Assembly (NCBI GenBank): GCA_014630515.1
Contig: GCA_014630515.1_4091.1
Origin: a phage
Length of the DNA stretch: 21,344 nucleotides
Direction: 5' to 3' (one strand)
Position 1 is the stretch's first letter. Each line of letters starts with the position of its first letter. A program made the position numbers and the translations under genes. Positions 14,390 through 20,480 of the stretch are shown here, one piece after another. The notes beneath the pieces were generated by a model. That model saw only the letters and a program-made list of their open reading frames with translations. It made no database searches and was not told the origin of the DNA.

Positions 14390-14408
14390 TAGTACTGTGA
14401 TAATAATT

Positions 14409-14552
14409 TTACTTACTTTTTGCTTTCTTTGATGCTTCAACCTGGTCGGCCCACTCTTTACCCCATACTTGAGCATTATAATGATACTGGCAAAGAGCAA
14501 CGCCCCGCTTTAAACCAGTAATAGATTTTTTACCACATTGACAAGTTTTCAT
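14409..14552 (-). CDS. small Cys-containing protein (47 aa), not in ORF track
   Basis: ATG 14550-14552; GAGGA SD; CQCG ... CQYH spacing suggests a small metal-binding knuckle; stop TAA 14409-14411. Confidence 0.5.
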   Translation of the reverse strand: MKTCQCGKKSITGLKRGVALCQYHYNAQVWGKEWADQVEASKKAKSK

Positions 14553-14601
14553 TTTAGTTTCCTCTTAGTGGGGAGAACCATTTCTCCCCTTGATGTAATG
14601 T

Positions 14602-14629
14602 ATTATACTTTATCTGATTTACTTTGCAA
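14602..14629 (-). promoter_or_regulatory. early sigma70-type promoter with 5' stem-loop
   Basis: minus strand TTGCAA, 16 bp, TATAAT. Confidence 0.6.
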
Positions 14630-14637
14630 GTACTTTT

Positions 14638-14865
14638 TTAATTTAATTCATCCAGGCAAAGGATACGTTCTACACCTAAATCAGTTAAGCTAATAGACGG
14701 CACTTGATAGGTTTCAATGTATTCTACACTAGCGTACTGACCAAACTCATCAACTGACCAGTTATACATTGCAAAATGTAGTTCCGCACCTTTCTTGTTA
14801 GTGATAACCGCTACTACTGCCGCATTGCCAACTGTACCAGATACGCGAGTGATTACGATAGCCAT
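14638..14865 (-). CDS. hypothetical protein (75 aa)
   Basis: ATG 14863-14865; AGGAA SD; track start 14922 lies in leader. Confidence 0.6.
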   Translation of the reverse strand: MAIVITRVSGTVGNAAVVAVITNKKGAELHFAMYNWSVDEFGQYASVEYIETYQVPSISLTDLGVERILCLDELN

Positions 14866-14920
14866 TGTTTTGATTCCTTTGATTTGGAAGGAGAACCGTT
14901 TCCCCCTCTCGATGTAAAAC

Positions 14921-14948
14921 ATTATACGCTAATCTCTTAATCGTGCAA
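14921..14948 (-). promoter_or_regulatory. early sigma70-type promoter with 5' stem-loop
   Basis: minus strand TTGCAC, 16 bp, TATAAT. Confidence 0.55.
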
Positions 14949-15102
14949 GTACTTTTTATTACTTTTTGCAAAATACTTTAAACGCCCTCAATCGCATTCT
15001 AACGACCTTAACGCCACCAGCTAGGGCGACGCATCAGATAATCAGTTTAATGCGTTAGAATCGATTCTAGGCGGTGCTAGTGGACTGGAATACTATAGAC
15101 AC

Positions 15103-15129
15103 AAAAAAGCCCACTGTTTAAGGTGGGCT
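15103..15129 (-). terminator. rho-independent terminator (minus strand)
   Basis: minus strand AGCCCAC-cttaaaca-GTGGGCT followed by TTTTTTGTGTC; downstream of 15151..15633. Confidence 0.7.
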
Positions 15130-15150
15130 AGTGATTCAGTACTTTAATTG

Positions 15151-15633
15151 TTATGCTTCAACTTTGCGATGAGCTTCGATCCATTCCTCGCGAGTCATAC
15201 CGCTTTCTTTGATAGCGTCCAGTACTACCGCAATGCAGTTACCGCGTACAGGAATCATATGTTCTTCCCCGTTATCAAGTACTACAGTAACACGTTCTTG
15301 AATCCATTTTTTAGGTTTAGATTCTGGCTTATCTTCACCATACTTAACCGCCAGGGCTTTATGTGCCATTTCTACAACTACTTCCAGATCCAATCCAGAC
15401 ACCGCCGCCTGGATACTTTCAATTGTTGCTTGCAGTTCGGCTTCACGGGCTTTTTTCTGTTCTTCCAGTTCTGCTACCTTTTTGGCTTGCAGTTCTTTAG
15501 CTTCACTGTACGCAATGTTAAAATTGTTGCGTACTGCTTTCATGGTATCGTTATCCAGGTCAGCCAGCAATTCAGCAGCAATAACAGTATCGTTTGAAAT
15601 CAGTGCTTTCAGGAATGATTTTACATTAGCCAT
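15151..15633 (-). CDS. hypothetical protein (160 aa), Ala/Glu/Lys-rich central region
   Basis: ATG 15631-15633; GAGGA SD 8 nt upstream; long ~120-nt leader. Confidence 0.7.
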   Translation of the reverse strand: MANVKSFLKALISNDTVIAAELLADLDNDTMKAVRNNFNIAYSEAKELQAKKVAELEEQKKAREAELQATIESIQAAVSGLDLEVVVEMAHKALAVKYGEDKPESKPKKWIQERVTVVLDNGEEHMIPVRGNCIAVVLDAIKESGMTREEWIEAHRKVEA

Positions 15634-15756
15634 TTTATAAATCCTCAATTAAAGTTTAGTTTACGTTTATTAGTGTATCAAAGTTTTATCGACGTGTCCA
15701 GTTTTTCGTTCGACTTACTGGCGGTCTACTTAGTGCTCCCCGTCTTGATGTAATAC

Positions 15757-15784
15757 ATTCTACGCCTTTTTGTGGTAATGTCAA
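15757..15784 (-). promoter_or_regulatory. sigma70-type promoter
   Basis: minus strand TTGACA, 16 bp, TAGAAT; followed by a diverged copy of the duplicated leader block (15665-15750). Confidence 0.5.
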
Positions 15785-15832
15785 CTACTTTTTTAAAACT
15801 ATTTTTAAAGTATGCAGTACTACGATAATACA

Positions 15833-15863
15833 AAAACAAAAAAGCCCACTGTATAAGTGGGCT
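15833..15863 (-). terminator. rho-independent terminator (minus strand)
   Basis: minus strand AGCCCAC-ttataca-GTGGGCT followed by TTTTTTGTTTTTG; same module as 15103-15129. Confidence 0.7.
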
Positions 15864-15880
15864 AGTGATTCAGTACTATA

Positions 15881-16180
15881 TTATAAACAATTAATTACGC
15901 CAGTGAATGTAACTTTCTCTGTATCCATTACAGTGACAGAACCGCGTTTACTTTTTGCATCGTAATAGATGGTCGTGCTACCCTGATCATCTTCTTCATG
16001 GTACGGGCCATTAGCAAACATTGCAGGGGCCAGTTCCAGGGATTTGGTAACGATCTCAGCCGTTTCCTCGTTAGTCATTGCAACAGTGCACTGAATGAAT
16101 TTTTCTTTCGGTACATCAACGGAAGCGTTAACAGCGAAAGAGGAAACAGATAAAGCCAGGGCGATGATTGCAGTTTTCAT
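15881..16180 (-). CDS. small secreted or periplasmic protein with N-terminal signal peptide (99 aa)
   Basis: ATG 16178-16180; N-terminus MKTAIIALALSVSSFAVNA has Lys then hydrophobic core then AxA-like site. Confidence 0.7.
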   Translation of the reverse strand: MKTAIIALALSVSSFAVNASVDVPKEKFIQCTVAMTNEETAEIVTKSLELAPAMFANGPYHEEDDQGSTTIYYDAKSKRGSVTVMDTEKVTFTGVINCL

Positions 16181-16230
16181 TTGTATATCCTTTGTTAGTA
16201 CTAGGGAGTATTCCCGATTAGATGTAAAAC

Positions 16231-16258
16231 ATTATACGCATTTAAAAACTATTATCAA
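16231..16258 (-). promoter_or_regulatory. early sigma70-type promoter
   Basis: minus strand TTGATA, 16 bp, TATAAT. Confidence 0.5.
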
Positions 16259-16293
16259 GTACTTTAATATAAAAGTATTTGAAAAAAAAAGTC

Positions 16294-16322
16294 TTGACAA
16301 CTGCATCCAGTACTGGCATAAT
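16294..16322 (+). promoter_or_regulatory. plus-strand sigma70-type promoter
   Basis: plus strand TTGACA, 17 bp, CATAAT; only clear plus-strand promoter inside the gene array. Confidence 0.5.
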
Positions 16323-16328
16323 ACTTAC

Positions 16329-16425
16329 ATAAAGACGAGATAGTCACTAACCCACAGGGTGCATAGATCCGTCTATTAAATGATTCAGTACTGCAAAATA
16401 AAGGGGATCGTTTGATCCCCTCTGT
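16329..16425 (+). ncRNA. candidate small RNA (plus strand) carrying the conserved leader motif
   Basis: starts ~7 nt after the 16294-16322 promoter, contains GAGATAGTCACTAACCCACAGGGTGC, ends at hairpin 16402-16421; no SD-preceded ORF. Confidence 0.3.
16393..16421 (-). terminator. rho-independent terminator (minus strand)
   Basis: minus strand AGGGGATC-aaac-GATCCCCT followed by TTTATTTTG; 5 nt after stop of 16427..16648. Confidence 0.65.
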
Positions 16426-16426
16426 A

Positions 16427-16648
16427 TTACTTAGTAAGATATAAACAAAAATCACCTTTCTTTGCTACGCCGCCAGTGTAACGCGATGAATAGTTAGAAA
16501 CGTCTTGCACTTCTGCAATGACGAGCGTATCATCATTTATTTCGTCGCAAAAACATACTGCGGGATCTTCTACGCCAATATTGTCAGCATGTGCCCGCAT
16601 AGATTTAACCAGTGCTTCAAGCTGGGAAAGAGTAGTGATATTAGCCAT
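16427..16648 (-). CDS. hypothetical protein (73 aa)
   Basis: ATG 16646-16648; AAGGAG SD 8 nt upstream. Confidence 0.7.
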   Translation of the reverse strand: MANITTLSQLEALVKSMRAHADNIGVEDPAVCFCDEINDDTLVIAEVQDVSNYSSRYTGGVAKKGDFCLYLTK

Positions 16649-16699
16649 TGTAAAACTCCTTATTAGTGGGGAGAACCATTTCTCCCCTTGATGTAAACT

Positions 16700-16727
16700 A
16701 TTATACAGTACTGGAAACTAATTGCAA
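16700..16727 (-). promoter_or_regulatory. early sigma70-type promoter with 5' stem-loop
   Basis: minus strand TTGCAA, 16 bp, TATAAT. Confidence 0.6.
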
Positions 16728-16735
16728 GTACTTTT

Positions 16736-16939
16736 TTAATTTAATTGCTTTAAAACATAATCAAAGACACCACGCACATCATTGATCATCGCCTGGCGGT
16801 TAGCAGGTAACGCATCAGGATCGCCACTATCCCAGGCATTAATGAAGCCACCTAAATCATGGAATACTTTATTCCGTAACCCGATCAACTGCAATTCTTT
16901 TTCTTCAAGCTCTTTGATACGTTTAATTAAATCACTCAT
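16736..16939 (-). CDS. hypothetical protein (67 aa)
   Basis: ATG 16937-16939; GAGGA SD overlaps stop of 16957..17241; start region GAGGATTATCTAATGAGT is duplicated at 17241. Confidence 0.6.
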   Translation of the reverse strand: MSDLIKRIKELEEKELQLIGLRNKVFHDLGGFINAWDSGDPDALPANRQAMINDVRGVFDYVLKQLN

Positions 16940-16956
16940 TAGATAATCCTCAGTAC

Positions 16957-17241
16957 TCAATTGTAAGATCCGCAACGGTCGCAGTAGTGCCCGTCCTCGT
17001 CATCTTCTACCACTTGCCCGATGAAATGATCTACTTTCGCTTTCAGGTTATTATAATCGTTTTCTACTTCCTTTAAACGCTTCTGGTAGTATTCCAGTGC
17101 TTTAAGATATGCCGCATCAGTAGTTTTCTCCTGCATAGCTAAATTCATGCCACGCGTTTCATCGTACAGCCAAAAACCATCGGTGCACTCACTTATAGAC
17201 AATGACTTGCTTAACACATTGTACTTTATTACTTTACTCAT
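16957..17241 (-). CDS. hypothetical protein (94 aa)
   Basis: ATG 17239-17241; GAGGA SD; C-terminal CDRCG. Confidence 0.7.
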   Translation of the reverse strand: MSKVIKYNVLSKSLSISECTDGFWLYDETRGMNLAMQEKTTDAAYLKALEYYQKRLKEVENDYNNLKAKVDHFIGQVVEDDEDGHYCDRCGSYN

Positions 17242-17291
17242 TAGATAATCCTCATTAAAGGCGGGAACTATTCCCGCTCTCGATATAAAGT

Positions 17292-17319
17292 ATTATACGT
17301 TAATCTAATTACTTTGCAA
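17292..17319 (-). promoter_or_regulatory. early sigma70-type promoter with 5' stem-loop
   Basis: minus strand TTGCAA, 16 bp, TATAAT. Confidence 0.6.
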
Positions 17320-17326
17320 GTACTTT

Positions 17327-17563
17327 TTAGTGCTTTTTATAAAACATCTCAGCGGTGATATTTTTACCCGTTGGTTGTACTTTATCCAGGATCTTTTGGT
17401 GTGCACTACGCCCGAAAGAATAAGAACCGTAAACCGTTAGCCAGTAGTCGCCATTTTGGTTTACATGTACCGCACAATAAGGAACGCCCCGCGAATCGTC
17501 ACCAATGAAGTGTGATACTGTACCCGTTACGTTTGGCGTTGTAGTTTTGATTTGTTCGATCAT
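17327..17563 (-). CDS. hypothetical protein (78 aa)
   Basis: ATG 17561-17563; AGGAG SD 8 nt upstream; track start lies in leader. Confidence 0.6.
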   Translation of the reverse strand: MIEQIKTTTPNVTGTVSHFIGDDSRGVPYCAVHVNQNGDYWLTVYGSYSFGRSAHQKILDKVQPTGKNITAEMFYKKH

Positions 17564-17621
17564 TTCTCTTACTCCTGGGATATAGGCGGGAACCATTCCC
17601 CGCCATTGATTCAGTACTGAA

Positions 17622-18233
17622 TTAATATTCGATAGATTCTACTACATCGTCGATAACGTTAAATTGATATTCGTTACCCTCAATCAGTCCTACAATGTTT
17701 TCAGTAGTAAACTGGTCTTCATAAGCATTTTCTAAATCACGGTACAGCTTACAAGATAATTCTCGGATAGTATCAGTCAGTAAGTTTTCCAGATCCTCAG
17801 CCAATGCAGCCTGTTTTACAGTTAAATCAGTGTAGCGAGTATCAACGCAACCGCCTACCGTGTTTTCGTGAGCGTAGCGTGATTGGGAACGTTCTACACT
17901 CATTTCCAAATCATCTTCGTTCAATAGGTGACGGATGGAACGATATTTCGTTAACGCCTTAACCTTGCGTAAAAACTTCTCAGCGTCAACGTGGTCAGTA
18001 CTGATTGATGCACCGTCACCTTGCGACCAAAAACCACTGTATTGCAATTCAGCTTCATCTATGCCGTATTCTGGCAGTACTGTTTCTTTATAGTATTCCA
18101 GTACTGATTCAGCAAAGAAATTATCCTCACTTGCACGTTCCCGATCCCGAACCAGTTCGATAGCCGCCGCTTGTTGTTCTGCGTTCAGTTCAGAAAAATC
18201 CATAACGAAAGTAGTAGTAGTGATAGTTTTCAT
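17622..18233 (-). CDS. acidic protein (203 aa)
   Basis: ATG 18231-18233; GAGGG SD; strongly Asp/Glu-rich; largest gene in the window. Confidence 0.7.
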   Translation of the reverse strand: MKTITTTTFVMDFSELNAEQQAAAIELVRDRERASEDNFFAESVLEYYKETVLPEYGIDEAELQYSGFWSQGDGASISTDHVDAEKFLRKVKALTKYRSIRHLLNEDDLEMSVERSQSRYAHENTVGGCVDTRYTDLTVKQAALAEDLENLLTDTIRELSCKLYRDLENAYEDQFTTENIVGLIEGNEYQFNVIDDVVESIEY

Positions 18234-18265
18234 TTTGTAACCCTCATTCAGTAGTTGATGTAAGT

Positions 18266-18293
18266 ATTATACGCTTTTAAAAACAATTGTCAA
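18266..18293 (-). promoter_or_regulatory. early sigma70-type promoter
   Basis: minus strand TTGACA, 16 bp, TATAAT. Confidence 0.6.
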
Positions 18294-18390
18294 ACTATTT
18301 TATCAGGGGAGTTTTTCGTGTGCCTTACTCCTGGGCTACTTAACGGGAAGTTACTTATTTCGTTCCCCGTCCTGATGTAAAACATTATAC
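18288..18390 (-). repeat. 103-bp duplicated block, copy 2
   Basis: identical to 6908-7010; lies between two tandem promoters upstream of 17622..18233. Confidence 0.6.
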
Positions 18391-18411
18391 GCCTTTAAAC
18401 ATAGTTTGCAA
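18384..18411 (-). promoter_or_regulatory. early sigma70-type promoter
   Basis: minus strand TTGCAA, 16 bp, TATAAT. Confidence 0.55.
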
Positions 18412-18444
18412 GTACTTTTTGAAAATAGTTTTTATCTCTTTCAT

Positions 18445-18526
18445 ATAGATACATTCCCGCACCCTATGGGCTATCGCCTTGTGTCCGGCTTGTAAGTATT
18501 ATCTCACTAAGCCGGATAACGGTCAA
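18445..18526 (-). repeat. repeat element G: promoter with conserved leader motif and flanking inverted repeat
   Basis: minus strand TTGACC, 17 bp, GATAAT (18498-18526); inverted repeat CCGGCTT/AAGCCGG brackets the -10; leader has CCCATAGGGTGCGGGAATG. Confidence 0.5.
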
Positions 18527-18532
18527 GTACTT

Positions 18533-18799
18533 TTATTCAAGTACTGCAATCTTTTTAGTACTGTACACAGTAACGCGGTTGCCCTTGCGGTCGTGCTTTA
18601 TTTCTACCACGCGACGCGATACACTATCAGGACGCTTTAAAGCAGATAGCCAGTACTGAATTGATCGGGCTGTACTTTGCTTTACTACGGCCCAACGTTT
18701 ACCACGTTCAGATTGTACGCCCATATCTTTAAACGTTGCCCCGTCCTGGCGTGCTGCAATCCGAGCTAGTTCACGCGTCGCAAAATATGTAATAGTCAT
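18533..18799 (-). CDS. hypothetical protein (88 aa), paralog of 5675..6070
   Basis: ATG 18797-18799; track start is a TTG in the promoter. Confidence 0.6.
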   Translation of the reverse strand: MTITYFATRELARIAARQDGATFKDMGVQSERGKRWAVVKQSTARSIQYWLSALKRPDSVSRRVVEIKHDRKGNRVTVYSTKKIAVLE

Positions 18800-18836
18800 G
18801 CTGTTACCCCTATCGTTGATGTACAAAAAGAACTTT

Positions 18837-18865
18837 ATTATAAAGTACTATCATTTTTTGCGATA
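18837..18865 (-). promoter_or_regulatory. sigma70-type promoter (weak -35)
   Basis: minus strand TATAAT with poor -35; context resembles the 6115-6143 promoter of the paralog. Confidence 0.4.
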
Positions 18866-18884
18866 GTACTTTAAATAAATTCTA

Positions 18885-19124
18885 TTACATTCCAACCATC
18901 GCCGCACGGATCGCAGTAGTGCTATACTTAAAGCCGTCTGGAGTTTTATCTTGTCCAGTCTGTTCTAAAAATAGCATCATATGACGGGCCGCATCATTGC
19001 GATTAGTATTGGCGGCAATAAAGTCCTGGGCCAACCGGTACAATGACTCATCGTTATTAATCCAAAGGCTTACATTCCAATGAGTTTTGTTTTTGTGACC
19101 TAAGAACATTTTTGATTTAGCCAT
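18885..19124 (-). CDS. hypothetical protein (79 aa)
   Basis: ATG 19122-19124; GAGGA SD. Confidence 0.7.
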   Translation of the reverse strand: MAKSKMFLGHKNKTHWNVSLWINNDESLYRLAQDFIAANTNRNDAARHMMLFLEQTGQDKTPDGFKYSTTAIRAAMVGM

Positions 19125-19174
19125 TTTTTAATCCTCTTATATAGTGGGGAACTATTCCCCACCTGATGTAAAAC

Positions 19175-19202
19175 ATTATACGCTTTTAAACTTAGTTTGC
19201 AA
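19175..19202 (-). promoter_or_regulatory. early sigma70-type promoter with 5' stem-loop
   Basis: minus strand TTGCAA, 16 bp, TATAAT; leader hairpin GGGGAA-ctatt-CCCC. Confidence 0.6.
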
Positions 19203-19216
19203 GTACTTTATTAAAC

Positions 19217-19579
19217 TTATTCGTAAATTTTGCCACTGTCAGCCCATACCAGGAAACGAGGCATATTATCCCATGCATCTTGTTTTAAATTTAAACCGTG
19301 TAATACTTCTGTACTTTCCATTCCTGGTACTGGTTTACTATACACCGCGAAATTTTCGCCCATATACTGATAAACCATCGTTAAATCACTGGCGATCATC
19401 TTATGGATCATCGCATCAAGCATCACGGTAGCGGCGTATTGTTCACGCTTAAGCGGCAACATTGTAATAAGTTCCCGATAAGCTGAAATGTGAATTTTTA
19501 CCGTTTCAGCCGGAAGACCTTTCATCTCTTCACGGAAGTTGACCAGGTTAGCAATAATTTTATTGATTTGGGTCGCCAT
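19217..19579 (-). CDS. hypothetical protein (120 aa)
   Basis: ATG 19577-19579; track start 19636 lies in promoter and leader; first gene downstream of the ORF-poor region. Confidence 0.6.
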   Translation of the reverse strand: MATQINKIIANLVNFREEMKGLPAETVKIHISAYRELITMLPLKREQYAATVMLDAMIHKMIASDLTMVYQYMGENFAVYSKPVPGMESTEVLHGLNLKQDAWDNMPRFLVWADSGKIYE

Positions 19580-19635
19580 CGTATTAATCTCTTTTAAAGT
19601 GTAGCGGGAAGTGTTCCCGCTCTCGATGTAAAACA

Positions 19636-19663
19636 TTATACGCCTTTAAACATAGTTTGCAAG
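19636..19663 (-). promoter_or_regulatory. early sigma70-type promoter with 5' stem-loop
   Basis: minus strand TTGCAA, 16 bp, TATAAT. Confidence 0.6.
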
Positions 19664-19898
19664 TACTTTCTACATGTACTTTTAAAATAGTTTTCTTTCT
19701 ATATAGGGGAACTATTATTCAGTACTATCATTCAGTACTGAATCAACCAAATCACTACTACACCCCATAAAACGGCCTCAGACGCATTCTAACGCATTAA
19801 TACACCTAAGCTATACATTTGCACCATTCCAATCATTCCAGGGCTTTACGGGCCGTTTAAACGCGTTAAATTATTTTCAATTATTTTGTTTTTAGGTA

Positions 19899-19926
19899 TT
19901 GACTTGATCCTGAAAAAGCGTATAAT
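19899..19926 (+). promoter_or_regulatory. plus-strand sigma70-type promoter
   Basis: plus strand TTGACT, 16 bp, TATAAT; followed by conserved leader motif GACGCGAGAAAGCGGATACCCCAGGGGGTGGGAAG. Confidence 0.55.
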
Positions 19927-20113
19927 TACTACATAGACGCGAGAAAGCGGATACCCCAGGGGGTGGGAAGATCCGTCCAAAATTCAAGATATAAAAAAAG
20001 GATAGACTCCCGCACCCTAGCAGGTTAACGCACTTTCTCAGTACTGAATTATAGTACCATAGTCCGGCCCAGGATGGCAAGCAAATTAATTAAAACTTTT
20101 TTCATCCAGGGTA

Positions 20114-20141
20114 TTGCTTTATTTTTCCAGTACTGTATAAT
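20114..20141 (+). promoter_or_regulatory. plus-strand sigma70-type promoter
   Basis: plus strand TTGCTT, 16 bp, TATAAT; followed by leader motif GTCGAGAAAGACTCAAGCCCACCGGGTGCATAG. Confidence 0.5.
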
Positions 20142-20239
20142 AGTTCCATCAAGTCGAGAAAGACTCAAGCCCACCGGGTGCATAGTTACGCCCAAAATTC
20201 AGTACTGAAAAAAATTTTTAAAAATATCCGTCCAGGCCG

Positions 20240-20268
20240 TTGACATTGCCCCCAGTTTATAAGATAAT
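20240..20268 (+). promoter_or_regulatory. plus-strand sigma70-type promoter
   Basis: plus strand TTGACA, 17 bp, GATAAT; points into the iteron-like region. Confidence 0.5.
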
Positions 20269-20359
20269 GATTCCAGATTCAGAAAAATCTAACTCCAGAT
20301 ACTGCGGGGAAACTATCCCCACGCGGTAGGGGAACTATTGGAAAAAACAAAATAAAATT

Positions 20360-20480
20360 TTGATTTAGCCGTCTATACTTCCAGACGTGTAACCATCTAG
20401 CCGTTTAGCCGTCCAAACGTCTAGCCATCCAGCCATCCAGAAATCTAGACGTTTAGCCGTCTAGATGGATAGCCATCTTT
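20360..20480. repeat. iteron-like direct-repeat array
   Basis: 7 copies of YAGCCRTY within ~115 bp (TTTAGCCGTC at 20364, 20404, 20452); also CTAGACGT/CTAGATGG and ACTTCCAGAC repeats; preceded by A-rich tract 20341-20360. Confidence 0.5.

Noticed and set aside
16264-16455. Minus-strand track ORF 16264..16455 (63 aa)
   Set aside because: Spans the plus-strand promoter, leader motif and terminator hairpin, and has no SD.
1081-19431. Plus-strand ORFs in the track (1081..1365, 1584..1778, 5318..5569, 7969..8157, 8501..8689, 9222..9410, 10174..10362, 11190..11375, 11251..11538, 12065..12340, 12222..12407, 12514..12726, 13918..14343, 15148..15597, 16095..16343, 19144..19431)
   Set aside because: Each is antisense to a minus-strand gene or cassette that has promoter, SD and terminator support, and none has an SD or promoter of its own; treated as chance open frames.
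1266-19636. Long N-terminal extensions in track ORFs (e.g. MVLPPKLRSFI, MTVLKCFSTMYIYQHG, MFYIE...)
   Set aside because: They read through the promoter and 5' stem-loop, are identical between unrelated genes because the cassette is repeated, and several begin at GTG or TTG; the downstream ATG with an SD was used.
1283-19663. CRISPR array interpretation of the regularly spaced repeats
   Set aside because: The repeats are 40-100 bp promoter cassettes of variable sequence and the intervening segments are 200-600 bp protein-coding genes with SDs, not short uniform spacers.
19892-20080. Minus-strand track ORF 19892..20080 (62 aa)
   Set aside because: Lies in the ORF-poor control region across promoter and leader-motif repeats, with no SD or upstream promoter.
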